From Terriglobia bacterium (GTDB lineage: Bacteria > Acidobacteriota > Terriglobia > 20CM-2-55-15): a DNA stretch of 64,000 nt. Location: the NCBI GenBank assembly GCA_965198225.1, contig CBDAOY010000006.1, forward strand, positions 192,001 to 256,000, read 5' to 3'. Made by a program: the position numbers and the translations under genes. Below, piece by piece: positions 1 through 9,592 of this stretch (its first letter is position 1; each line of letters opens with the position of its first letter). The notes under the pieces are model-generated. The model was not told the DNA's origin, searched no databases, and worked only from the letters and a program-made list of their open reading frames with translations.

Positions 1-5
1 GAGGG

Positions 6-689
6 TTGTTCACAGGTTTCGTCGACATTGAGGTCCGGGATGAAGATGTCGAAGGACTAGTCGTTCCCGTCGAACCCGGAATCCAGCTCGGCGGCAAGGT
101 CCTGGTCGATGAAAGCGCCAATGAGCTCAACGTCTCCAGGTTGCGCGTCCGGCTCGAGCCGATGACCGGGCTCCCGATCGGCGAACCCAATGCACGTGTG
201 GACGACGACGGCAGCTTCGTTGTCGACAACGTGCCGAGGGCTCCGCACCGCGTTTCCATAACAGGTCTTCCGAGGGACGCCTACGTTGCTTCAGCCCGGG
301 TCGGCGGCCGGGACGTACTGATTTCCGGAATCCAGGTCGTACCCGACATGCCCGGCCTGGAGTTCTGGGTCAGTGCTTCCGGGGCGCGCCTCGAAGGAAT
401 CGTAGGTGTCGGTGACGCGCCCTTCACGGGAGCCCAGGTCGTCCTGATTCCGGATGACCCGTTACGGACCGATCTTTACAAGACTGCCAGCGCCGACCAG
501 TACGGCCGTTTCTCGATGCGCGGAATTTCTCCGGGGAACTACCGCGTGTTTGCCTGGGAGGATGCACCGTCCGGCGCCTACCGGGATCCGGAGTTTGTTC
601 GTCGCTACGAGGATTGGGGCGAGCGGATCCATGTGGAACAGGCCGGTCAGGTACAGGTCCAGCCGCGCCTGATTCCCGCCGGGAACTGA
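6..689 (+). CDS. Carboxypeptidase-regulatory-like (Ig/transthyretin-fold) repeat protein, C-terminal part; probably starts left of the window
   Basis: Repeated beta-sandwich motifs (DDDGSFVVDNVP..., ADQYGRFSMRGISPGNYRVFAWE); the frame is open to the window edge. Confidence 0.7.
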   Translation: MFTGFVDIEVRDEDVEGLVVPVEPGIQLGGKVLVDESANELNVSRLRVRLEPMTGLPIGEPNARVDDDGSFVVDNVPRAPHRVSITGLPRDAYVASARVGGRDVLISGIQVVPDMPGLEFWVSASGARLEGIVGVGDAPFTGAQVVLIPDDPLRTDLYKTASADQYGRFSMRGISPGNYRVFAWEDAPSGAYRDPEFVRRYEDWGERIHVEQAGQVQVQPRLIPAGN

Positions 690-865
690 CCCACGTCCGC
701 CGGAACTCCCCGCCATCGGGCGACGAAGCCTTCCTTACGATACCCCCGTAAATTCCCCTTGAGAAAAGCCCCGATCATCCGGCCCTGAGATTTGACGCAC
801 GGACACTGTTCCGGCAGAATGTCTTCCTCATCCAGTGCAAGATCACAGGGTGCCCAAGGAGGTTC

Positions 866-1570
866 ATGCGTCAAGGTTTCCTTTCATGCATCTTGGTACT
901 CGCCGCAGCCGTGCTGTGGCCCTCCATTGTCCGCGGGCAGAGCTCTGATCTGGTCGGGACCTGGGAAGGCAGCATCCGTGGGCCGGGCTCGGTGCAAGCC
1001 GTTTCCGTCACCATCCGGATCGACGGTGAGGGCGAGTTCACTGGAACGGCGGACATACCGGGTCAAGGTGCCCAGTTACGTCCGTTGATCAACATCGACG
1101 TTCGCGATCAGTATGTTTCGTTCCAGGTCGCCGGGGTTTCCGGCAATCCCCTCTTCGACGGTGCCGTTTCCGTGGACGGAAGCAGCTACACCGGAAGTTT
1201 CACGCAGGCCGGCGAGACCTTTCCGTTTACGCTCGCCAAGCGGGCGGCAGCGATGGAAGGCTCGTCGAGTGATACCGCGGCGTTTCGAGGAGTGTGGGAC
1301 GGAACACTCGACGCGGGCTCGTTGAAACTTCGGTTCCTCCTGACGGTACCGGAATCCACCGACGGCGTTGCGATGACGATGGGGACCGGGGCCCAGGACG
1401 TCCGGAACCTGATCGTGGCTATCATGATTCAGGGTGATGAGGTTCGGTTGAACGTCCCCGCGCTCGGCGCCGTCTACGTCGGGACACTGGACGAGGGCGA
1501 CGAAACGATCTCCGGAACATGGAGACAGGCGGACGCTCGCCTTCCGCTCACCTTCACGAAGACGGACTAG
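866..1570 (+). CDS. Secreted protein with two tandem beta-domains
   Basis: AAGGAGG RBS; Sec signal peptide; two repeats, GTWEGSI...GSFTQAGETFPFTL and GVWDGTL...GTWRQADARLPLTF. Confidence 0.7.
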   Translation: MRQGFLSCILVLAAAVLWPSIVRGQSSDLVGTWEGSIRGPGSVQAVSVTIRIDGEGEFTGTADIPGQGAQLRPLINIDVRDQYVSFQVAGVSGNPLFDGAVSVDGSSYTGSFTQAGETFPFTLAKRAAAMEGSSSDTAAFRGVWDGTLDAGSLKLRFLLTVPESTDGVAMTMGTGAQDVRNLIVAIMIQGDEVRLNVPALGAVYVGTLDEGDETISGTWRQADARLPLTFTKTD

Positions 1571-1679
1571 TCCGGCCGACGCAACGCGTCGATTGAACCA
1601 CGCCACTCCGTCCGCTTCCCGGTTTGCGACCCGACGGCCCGACGAACACCAGGATGAAACCCAACCAGGAGGGCTAACG

Positions 1680-3575
1680 ATGGCCGGTACCAGCGATCTG
1701 GAGATCCGCGGAAACCTCAGGGACTCCTACTCCGACGTCTACACGCCGGCGGCCCTGGACGCCCTGTCGGCGCTCGCGGACTTGAATCGACAACGTCTGG
1801 AGGTCATGAGCGCACGTATCGAGCGCCGCCAGAGAAGGGCTCGCGATCACGAGCGAATGAGCTTTCTGGAACCCAACTCGGTGGTCCCGGGAACCACGCT
1901 GACAGTGCAGGACGCACGGTCCGGGGATTTCGACGGGTCCGAGATGCCGGACGACCTCCAACGACAGTGGATCCAGGGCACCGGACCAGCGGCGAAACCA
2001 CGCGCGACGGTCGAAAGCAGTATCCGCAACGTCGCCTATGCTCTCCTGTCAGGCGCGGACGGATGGATGTTCGACGGTGAGGATGCCCTCGGGCAGGTCT
2101 CGACCATGTCGCTGGACAACCAGCGGAACCTGAAGCTGGCCTTCGCGAGGGATCCGATCTTTCTCGCGGCTGCGGAGCGGGTCGCCGGAGAGATGAACGA
2201 GTGGGCCGGCTCGTTCTTCGGCCGTCCGATCGTCGATGACTGGGCGAAACAGCTCGCCTTCACCACGAGGATCTTCCGGGCCAGGGCCCTGCACCTCGAC
2301 GACCGCCACGTCCGGTGCGCCGACGGCACCGGATTCTCGGCTTCCCTCGTCGACACGGTTCTCTACGTGGTGAACAACCACGAGCGCCTCCGTGAGGACG
2401 GCTCGTCGATCGTTCTGTATCTCCCGAAGATTCAAACCGCCGAAGAAGCCGCCGTCTGGAACGATTTACTGGCTGCGCTCGAGCAACACCTGGGCCTGAC
2501 CCTCGGCACCATCAAAGTCTACGTCCTCGTCGAGCAGGTCGAAGCCTGCTTTCAGTTGATGGAGATCCGTGCAGCCCTCGGCACCCATTTCGTCGGTTAC
2601 AACACAGGCCGATGGGACTATATCAACAGCGTCTCCGACGCCATGGCGTGGGGTTCCGACTTTCTGAACCCGAACATCGACGCGATCGTGATGACCTACG
2701 GCTACATGCGGACCTACGAGGATCGCGTCCGGCGCGCCGTCAACACCGTCGACCGCAACGGTCGTCACGCTCTGTGGCAGGGCGGAATGGAACCGAACAT
2801 CCCGGTCGGCTCCGAAGCGGGAATCGAAGCCAGCATGAATAAAGCTGTCGCAGGTGCTGAACGCGAAGAAAGGGAAGGCGCGAGCGGCAAGTGGGTCGCC
2901 CACTGGAAGATGGTTCACATCGTCAGACCGGTCTGGGAAAAGGTGGGCAAGCAAAACCAGCTGGGCCGAGGTTTCCCACCGCTGACTTACACCGACGAGG
3001 ACGCCGAGGGCTTGATGATGCTCGAGCCGGCCCCACGGACCATTCGCGGGGCACGGGACCTGCTCAGTGTGGCCCTTCAGTACGGCAACGCCTTCGGTCG
3101 GGGTTTTCAAGCTGCAGCACTCAAGCCGGCCGACTTCTTCGAGAACGATGACGTCCTGTACCTGATGGAAGACATGGCCACGGGCGAGATCCGCCTCAGC
3201 ATCCTCTGGGAGTGGCTGCACAAGGGCGCCCGCCTCACCGAAGACGACCCCGAAACGGGCATCCAGGCGGGGGACTCCTTCACCGGGGATCTGTTCCATC
3301 GACTCCTGTCCGAGGAGTACGAGAAGTTGCGCGGCGCAAGCAACCGGAACGTCCACGACGATTCGAAAGATACGACCCTGCCGATTGCCCGTGAGATCGT
3401 CGACAGCTACGTAACCGACCCAATCAAGACGCCCTGGTACGTCGACCTTCTAAACATCAACCTGAACAATCACGACCTTGAAACCGCAAAGAAGCGGATC
3501 GTCATGTACATCGAGGGGTTTCGCTCGAACGGCGAGCGGATCACGCGCAACCTCGACTTCGAAGCTTCGAACTGA
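1680..3575 (+). CDS. aceB: Malate synthase
   Basis: AGGAGG before ATG 1680; motifs MFDGEDA, YLPKIQ, YNTGRWDYINS, GKWVAH, LMEDMATGEIR. Confidence 0.85.
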   Translation: MAGTSDLEIRGNLRDSYSDVYTPAALDALSALADLNRQRLEVMSARIERRQRRARDHERMSFLEPNSVVPGTTLTVQDARSGDFDGSEMPDDLQRQWIQGTGPAAKPRATVESSIRNVAYALLSGADGWMFDGEDALGQVSTMSLDNQRNLKLAFARDPIFLAAAERVAGEMNEWAGSFFGRPIVDDWAKQLAFTTRIFRARALHLDDRHVRCADGTGFSASLVDTVLYVVNNHERLREDGSSIVLYLPKIQTAEEAAVWNDLLAALEQHLGLTLGTIKVYVLVEQVEACFQLMEIRAALGTHFVGYNTGRWDYINSVSDAMAWGSDFLNPNIDAIVMTYGYMRTYEDRVRRAVNTVDRNGRHALWQGGMEPNIPVGSEAGIEASMNKAVAGAEREEREGASGKWVAHWKMVHIVRPVWEKVGKQNQLGRGFPPLTYTDEDAEGLMMLEPAPRTIRGARDLLSVALQYGNAFGRGFQAAALKPADFFENDDVLYLMEDMATGEIRLSILWEWLHKGARLTEDDPETGIQAGDSFTGDLFHRLLSEEYEKLRGASNRNVHDDSKDTTLPIAREIVDSYVTDPIKTPWYVDLLNINLNNHDLETAKKRIVMYIEGFRSNGERITRNLDFEASN

Positions 3576-3657
3576 CGTTATCAGAGGAAGTGTTCTAACT
3601 CTCTGATGTACGAAATCGCGGGATTCGAGCGCCTAGTGACCTGTAAGAGGCCACTAG

Positions 3658-3912
3658 CTAGTGGCCGTCCATCTCTTTGTGGAAGTACTCGTGTTCGGCG
3701 TGCGCTTTCTCCTTACCGATCTTCTTGTTCCGCGCAAGGCCAGACTGGCGGGCGCGCTCCCGCGTGCCGTCCGAGCTGACGGCGGGAGCCGATATCATTT
3801 TCTCGACATCCAGACTCTCGCATTCCGGACAGCTGGGTTCGGGTGATTTCGGTCGGATCAGACGCTCAAAAGCGTGCCCGCACTGGCGACACGTGTAGTC
3901 GAACATCGGCAT
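3658..3912 (-). CDS. FmdB-family zinc-ribbon protein
   Basis: MPMFDYTCRQCGHAFE...CPECES; GGAGG RBS. Confidence 0.85.
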   Translation of the reverse strand: MPMFDYTCRQCGHAFERLIRPKSPEPSCPECESLDVEKMISAPAVSSDGTRERARQSGLARNKKIGKEKAHAEHEYFHKEMDGH

Positions 3913-4000
3913 TGCTGCCCAGTACCTCCATGGAGATTGATAGCGGTCTACCGCACCCCTCTATTATATCTCCAGAGGCGTTCGTTCCCACTACGACCGA

Positions 4001-4370
4001 CTATCTACCGAGCACTTCGTCGCGAACCGATTCGGCGATCCCAGCAGCTTCGCCGATGAGATCGGACGGCACGCCGAGCTCGGTCAGCGTAGCCCCGAGG
4101 TTCTCCATCACCGCATCGAAATGAGTGTCCGTCAGCCCCAAGTCGTCGACCAGCCGTTTGTGCGCATCGCGCATCGATTTGCCTGGATAGCCCGGTGCGC
4201 CGCCGAAGGCGTAAGTCAGAAAACGCTTCTGCTGGGCCGCTTGGAGGTCCATGTTGACGCCCTCGAAGAAATGCTTGATGCGGTCGTCGGCGAGAACCTT
4301 CTCGTAGAACCTTGTCGACCGCCGCGTCGATTGCGGGCGCTCCTCCGAGCCTCTCGAAAAGAGACGGTGA
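4001..4370 (-). pseudogene. glbN: Group I truncated hemoglobin (trHbN/GlbN-like) with +1 frameshift and no clear start codon
   Basis: SLFERLGGAPAIDAAVDK, one extra G at 4310/4311, then FYEKVLADDRIKHFFEGVNMDLQAAQQKRFLTYAFGGAPGYPGKSMRDAH. Confidence 0.8.
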
Positions 4371-4404
4371 ACTCTCAGCTGTATGTGGTGATGGTCGCTC
4401 GAAG

Positions 4405-5364
4405 CTATTGCCGACCCGCTGCAGCTCGACCGAGCTCGATCGTGGAATCCGCCTCCGGGCCCGACATCAGCAGAACCAGGAATCCCTCCTGGACCCGTTG
4501 CTCGACATTGTCCGCGTTCGCCGTAATCATGTCGGCAATACCGACCCGCTTGGATTCTTCCAGCACCCTCATGTTCATCGCTTCGGCGGTAACGCGATCT
4601 TCCTCTGTTGTCTCTGGGCGCCCTTCCGCTTCCGGGTCTCGCGCTCGCGCGACGGCACCTGTCAGGCTTCCGATACCGCAGGCCAGGATGCTGATCCCCG
4701 GGACCTCAGCGATCTCGGTCACCTGTTCGATGGCTTCCGGGTCCTCGAGCATGATCATTGCGATCTTCTCGCCCGTCGGATTTGCCGGAGTCCAGACATC
4801 CACGCCGAGGCCAGCGAACAAAACCGATATCGCCTGAGCCTGTTCCAGGTTGAGCACATGGGGCAGCGTCACTCCATCGGCACCGGCTTCGAAGATTTCC
4901 GCTATGCGCTCCATCGTGGTTTCCACGCCGGCATCCTCGAGCGACGGTATCCGCACAATGAGGCTCTTCCGGCTGACGGCAGTCGGGCTGCGGAGGCCCT
5001 CGGCGATCGCACGGACTGCGTCGCCGTCGTATCGTCCCTCGAGGTTCAGGAATGCGTAGTCATAGAGCGGGTTTTGCGCAAGGCGTTCACCGCCTTCCAC
5101 CGTATAGACCGGCGCGGGTCTCTCTCCGCCTCGTCCGCGGCCTCCACCCCTCCCTCTTCCTCCGGGAGGAGGCGGCGCCTCGTTGGGAACATAGACGCCG
5201 AACGCCGTGAGGTTGTCCTGCCACAAGTTCAGCAGCACGTTCTCGTGCACGATCGGCTCGGGGGCGGTCGGTTCCGGCTCGGCCGGTGCTTCGGGTGGCG
5301 CGCCTCCGCACGCCGCGGCCAATAGCAGACAAGAGAGAGCAATAACTGTTGTCTTCAGGTTCAT
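4405..5364 (-). CDS. Predicted lipoprotein with HpcH/HpaI aldolase/citrate-lyase-like TIM barrel
   Basis: Lipobox LLLAAAC; motifs AGADGVTLPHV, MIMLEDPEAIEQVTEIAEVPGI; GAGGAGG RBS. Confidence 0.7.
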   Translation of the reverse strand: MNLKTTVIALSCLLLAAACGGAPPEAPAEPEPTAPEPIVHENVLLNLWQDNLTAFGVYVPNEAPPPPGGRGRGGGRGRGGERPAPVYTVEGGERLAQNPLYDYAFLNLEGRYDGDAVRAIAEGLRSPTAVSRKSLIVRIPSLEDAGVETTMERIAEIFEAGADGVTLPHVLNLEQAQAISVLFAGLGVDVWTPANPTGEKIAMIMLEDPEAIEQVTEIAEVPGISILACGIGSLTGAVARARDPEAEGRPETTEEDRVTAEAMNMRVLEESKRVGIADMITANADNVEQRVQEGFLVLLMSGPEADSTIELGRAAAGRQ

Positions 5365-5521
5365 CCATCCTCCTCAATTCCTTGGGCCGGTCGGCAAACA
5401 GAATTCGTCAGCCGGCTGCGATCGCGCACATTCTACAGCAGATGGGAACGAGTCCAATCTTTTCATCGGGAAACAGCCGTCGTTCTCGAAACCCTGTCGC
5501 TAACTACACCCTTCGTATTGG

Positions 5522-6286
5522 TCAATGCCACTTCGGTGGGCGGCCCGCAGCGTAAGCCGCCCGGGCTTCCTCATGATCCGCCGACTCCAGGCAGATGTTC
5601 TGGCGTCGCAGATATTCAGCGAAGAAATCTCCGTGCGACAGATCTCCATTCGAAGCCAGCAGGCCCTTCGACTGGCGGGTTCCTTCCGAGCAGGTGCCCA
5701 GATACTTCTCGACCAACGCTTCGGTCTCCTCCTCCAGCCGTTCCGGCTCGGTGACGTGGTCGACGAGACCGATCTCGAATGCGCGTCGGCCATCGACGTT
5801 ATCCCCCGAAACGATCATCCACTTGGCTCGCCCCATCCCGACGAACCGCGGCAGACGCAGCGTCGACAGGCCGGGAATGATGCTTTCCTGTATCGCGGGC
5901 AGGCCTATCCGGCAGTCGGCGGTAGCGATGCGAATGTCGGACGCCAGTCCGACCTGCAGACCGCCGCCCAGCGCGTACCCGTGCATCACGCTGATAACGA
6001 TCTTCTCCATCCGCTCCAATGTGAACAGCGCGCTATCCCAGAGACGGAAGTAGTCGCGCGGAGTATTGCCGGCCGACAACTCCTTCAGATCGATCCCCGT
6101 GCAGAAGGCGCGCCCCGATCCCCGGATCAGGACGAGCCGCACGTCCGGGTCATCGCGAATCGACTCGACGGCGCGATTCAAATCCTGCACGGACGCGTAG
6201 TCCATGGCATTCAACAGGTCGGGCCGGTCGAAGGTGAGGCGCGCCACCTTACCGTCTCGAGCCCATCGCATGTTGGCAAGCTGCAT
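5522..6286 (-). CDS. Enoyl-CoA hydratase/isomerase (crotonase) family protein
   Basis: RPDLLNAM, AFCTGIDL, GYALGGGLQVGLASDIRIA; start moved to ATG 6286 after a GGAGGG RBS. Confidence 0.9.
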   Translation of the reverse strand: MQLANMRWARDGKVARLTFDRPDLLNAMDYASVQDLNRAVESIRDDPDVRLVLIRGSGRAFCTGIDLKELSAGNTPRDYFRLWDSALFTLERMEKIVISVMHGYALGGGLQVGLASDIRIATADCRIGLPAIQESIIPGLSTLRLPRFVGMGRAKWMIVSGDNVDGRRAFEIGLVDHVTEPERLEEETEALVEKYLGTCSEGTRQSKGLLASNGDLSHGDFFAEYLRRQNICLESADHEEARAAYAAGRPPKWH

Positions 6287-6333
6287 GTTGGCCCCCTCCA
6301 AGAAATAGGGGCAGAGGTGCCTGTCCCTATTAG

Positions 6334-7902
6334 CTAGAACGCCTCGGGGCGCCCCGTGTACTTCTCCCGCATCTGTGGTTTCATCAGTTTGCCGGTTGGA
6401 TTCCTCATGACCTGGTCGAAAATCACCCTTCGGGGAGCTTTGTAAAGCGCCAGACACTCCCTGGCGAAATCGATGACCTCGCCCTGGGTCATCGACTCTC
6501 CTTCTTTCGTCTGGACGATCGCGAGAACGACCTCCACGAGCCGCGGATCGGGACACCCAATACAGGCGACGTCGTCGATCTTCGGATGATTCATCAGCGC
6601 ATCTTCGATCTCGACCGGGTAGATATTCTCGCCGCCGCTGGAGATCATATCCTTCTTCCGATCGACGATGTAGAAGTAGCCTTCATCATCCATCCGGACC
6701 AGGTCCCCTGTCCGCAGCCATCCCTCCTCGAGTGCCGTTTCGGTCAGTTGCGTGTTGTGAAAGTACTCCTTCATCATTCGAGGCGTTCTGAAGGTCAATT
6801 CCCCGACCTTTCCCGCGGAAACATCTTTCCCCGCATCGCCGACAATCCGTGCCTCGACCCCGAACGTGGGTCTTCCGATGGATCCCGGTTTTCGCAAGAC
6901 GTCGCCGGGGTACAGATTGAACGTTCCACCGCCCCCGCCTTCGGTTATCCCGTAGATGTTCGAAACCCCGCAGGGAAGGTGCTCGACAAGCCCCCTCAGC
7001 ACATCGAACGGCACAGGCTGTGCACCGATCTCGAGATACTTCCAACGGGTCAGATCGTAGCGGGAGATGTCGATATGTCCGGCATCGAGCGCGTTGAGCA
7101 GCGCGATCGCTACCGGGACCACAAACAGGGTATCGGTCCCGCTCTCCTCGGCGATCGCCTCGAGGATCCATGCGGGATCGCTGAACTCGCGGAGGATAGT
7201 CCCCGTCGCCCCTGTCGCGTAGAACGGTGCCCAGAGGAACATCGTCCCGCTGTGGTAAAGCGGCAGAAAGAGGAGGTAGTTGTCGTCCTTTTCGACGAAG
7301 TAGCTCATGCCGTTGCCCATCGCTGTCGCGTCGATCGAACCGTGTGTATGGAGCACGGCCTTCGGTGCGCCGGTCGTTCCGGATGTGAACATCATCGCCA
7401 GCTCGTGATCCGGGGAGACGTCGACGATGGCCTCGGAGGCATCTTCGAAGGAGGAAGCCGTCCGAAAATCGACGGCTCCATCCGGGGTTGCAGCTCCAAC
7501 CAACATCCAGACCTCGACGCTCGAAAGCTCGCCCCGGCATTCCTCGACGAGCGGGTTGAATTCGGACCCGAATATGAAAAGGCGGGGGCGGCAGACCTCC
7601 GCCGCGAACACGACGTCTCGAGCGGCGAAGCGGAAGTTCAACGGGACTACTACGGCGCCAATCTTGATTATCGCGTAGTAGCTGACCAGCCATTCGAGCG
7701 AGTTGTGCTGCAAGTGCAGGACGTAATCGCCCCTCCCTATCCCGAGGCGACTGAACAGATAATTCGCGACACGGTTGATCTCCCCGTTGAACTGTTTCCA
7801 GGTAAGCGTGCGTCGCCGGGCCAGCGAGGGTGTGCGCTCGATCAGGCAGACCTTCCGGGGCAGATGCCGCGCGTGGATGACGGCATATCTCGCGTAGTTC
7901 AT
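6334..7902 (-). CDS. AMP-dependent acyl-CoA synthetase/ligase
   Basis: FTSGTTGAPKAV, YGITE, GWLRTGDL, DRKKDMISSGGENIYPVEIE, NPTGK. Confidence 0.9.
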   Translation of the reverse strand: MNYARYAVIHARHLPRKVCLIERTPSLARRRTLTWKQFNGEINRVANYLFSRLGIGRGDYVLHLQHNSLEWLVSYYAIIKIGAVVVPLNFRFAARDVVFAAEVCRPRLFIFGSEFNPLVEECRGELSSVEVWMLVGAATPDGAVDFRTASSFEDASEAIVDVSPDHELAMMFTSGTTGAPKAVLHTHGSIDATAMGNGMSYFVEKDDNYLLFLPLYHSGTMFLWAPFYATGATGTILREFSDPAWILEAIAEESGTDTLFVVPVAIALLNALDAGHIDISRYDLTRWKYLEIGAQPVPFDVLRGLVEHLPCGVSNIYGITEGGGGGTFNLYPGDVLRKPGSIGRPTFGVEARIVGDAGKDVSAGKVGELTFRTPRMMKEYFHNTQLTETALEEGWLRTGDLVRMDDEGYFYIVDRKKDMISSGGENIYPVEIEDALMNHPKIDDVACIGCPDPRLVEVVLAIVQTKEGESMTQGEVIDFARECLALYKAPRRVIFDQVMRNPTGKLMKPQMREKYTGRPEAF

Positions 7903-8045
7903 AGCGGCATTCAGGCGAGGTTCCGCTGGAGAATAGCAGCCGCATGCCCACCTCAGCAAGAATCGAAGTTGACGACAGGCCGTTACAACGGCTTCCAAAC
8001 GGGTGTAGTGTGGTGTTTTCCGGTCATTGAAGCCGTGAGGCAGCA

Positions 8046-8936
8046 TTGAACATCCATCTCGTCGACGGAACCTACGAGCTCTTCCGGCACTTCTTTGCGG
8101 TCCCCTCATCTAAAGATGACGCGGGCAACGAGATTGGCGCGGTTCGGGCGGTGGTCGGCTCGGTTCTTGGAATGCTCGAAGACGGGGCGACTCATGTCGG
8201 GGTCGCGACCGACCACGTCATTGAGTCCTTCCGAAACGGGCTCTATTCCGGCTACAAAACCGGCGCGGGAATCGATCCGGACCTCTTCGGTCAGTTCATT
8301 CCCATCGAAGACGCGCTGGAAGCGCTGGGTGTCCGCGTCTGGCCGATGGTGGACCAGGAAGCCGACGATGCCCTGGCTGCGGCGGCGGCACGAGGAGCGG
8401 AGGATGTCCGGGTGGAACGCGTTTTCCTCTGCACGCCCGATAAGGACCTGGCGCAATGTGTCGTCGGGGACCGTGTCGTGCAACTCGATCGCCGAAAGAA
8501 CGTCGTTCGGGGTGAACGCGGGATCTGGGACAAGTTCGGTGTCGCCCCGGCCTCGATCCCGGACTACCTGGCACTTGTCGGCGACAGCGCGGATGGATTT
8601 CCCGGACTACCGGGTTGGGGAGCCAAGGGAACCTCCGGCGTGCTCGCACGCTACCCCCACTTGGAAGACATCCCACCGAGAGCCGAGGAGTGGACCGTCT
8701 CGGTGCGCGGCGCGAGGCGGCTGGCCGAGGTCCTGTCCGAGCAGATGGATGCTGCCCTGTTGTTCCGGGATCTGGCAACCCTTCGGACCGACTTTGTCGT
8801 CTTCGCCGACATCGACGAACTGCATTGGAAGGCTACGAGTCCTGACTTCGCCGGCATGTGCGAGCGGATGAATGCGCCTTATCTCAGTGAGCGCGCCGAC
8901 CGGCTAGCCAGCCGCCGGGGGGCAGTCAGTAGTTAG
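8046..8936 (+). CDS. Stand-alone 5'-3' exonuclease / flap endonuclease
   Basis: HLVDGTYELFR, EADDALA, PDKDLAQ, H3TH motif LALVGDSADGFPGLPGWG; TTG start. Confidence 0.9.
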   Translation: MNIHLVDGTYELFRHFFAVPSSKDDAGNEIGAVRAVVGSVLGMLEDGATHVGVATDHVIESFRNGLYSGYKTGAGIDPDLFGQFIPIEDALEALGVRVWPMVDQEADDALAAAAARGAEDVRVERVFLCTPDKDLAQCVVGDRVVQLDRRKNVVRGERGIWDKFGVAPASIPDYLALVGDSADGFPGLPGWGAKGTSGVLARYPHLEDIPPRAEEWTVSVRGARRLAEVLSEQMDAALLFRDLATLRTDFVVFADIDELHWKATSPDFAGMCERMNAPYLSERADRLASRRGAVSS

Positions 8937-9030
8937 TGGCCGGTGGTCGGTGGTCAGTTGTAGGTTGAGCAGTCAGAACATTGCGCTACCCAATCTTCAA
9001 CTGACTACTGACTACTAACGACCGACTACT
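8923..9030. repeat. Heptamer-periodic inverted-repeat hairpin
   Basis: (CAGTAGT/CGGTGGT)n ... (ACTACTG)n. Confidence 0.8.
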
Positions 9031-9063
9031 TTCAGATAAACTGTCGGCCGTGATGGAGGCATT

Positions 9064-9519
9064 ATGAACGCACGAAAGAAGAAGAAGGTCGTCGAAACGT
9101 TGAACAAGATTCTGGAGTACGAACTCGCCGGTTCCATTCATTACACCCACTACTCGTTCATGGTATTCGGCTACACCAGGATCCCGATCGTAAGTTGGAT
9201 GCAAAGCCAGGCTGATGAATCAATGCTGCACGCTCGGGAAGCGGGCGAGATGGTCACCCAGCTCGGAGCCCATCCATCTTTGTCGATCGGACCGCTGCTG
9301 GAAACGCACAAGCACGACATCGGCGATATTCTGCGCGAGTCGCTCGGACACGAGAAGGCGACGTTGAAATACTACGAAGAGTTGCTCGATCTGGTCGAAG
9401 GCGCCGACGTGATGCTGGAAGAGTTTGCTAGAGACCACATCGCGCTGGAAGTGAAACACATCGGCGAGGTCGACAAGATGTTGCGCAAGCCGGGCGACAT
9501 CGATCGGTTTGAAAAGTAG
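9064..9519 (+). CDS. bfr: Bacterioferritin-like ferritin-superfamily protein
   Basis: Di-iron ligand pattern E...ESMLH...HEKA...EVKH; GGAGG RBS. Confidence 0.8.
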   Translation: MNARKKKKVVETLNKILEYELAGSIHYTHYSFMVFGYTRIPIVSWMQSQADESMLHAREAGEMVTQLGAHPSLSIGPLLETHKHDIGDILRESLGHEKATLKYYEELLDLVEGADVMLEEFARDHIALEVKHIGEVDKMLRKPGDIDRFEK

Positions 9520-9592
9520 TCAGTGGTCAGTAATCAGTAGTCAGTTGAAGATCGCAAGAACTAACTGACTACCGACTACTGACAGCTGGCTA
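9516..9592. repeat. Heptamer-periodic inverted-repeat hairpin
   Basis: agtagtcagtggtcagtaatcagtagtcagtt ... aactgactaccgactactgac. Confidence 0.85.
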
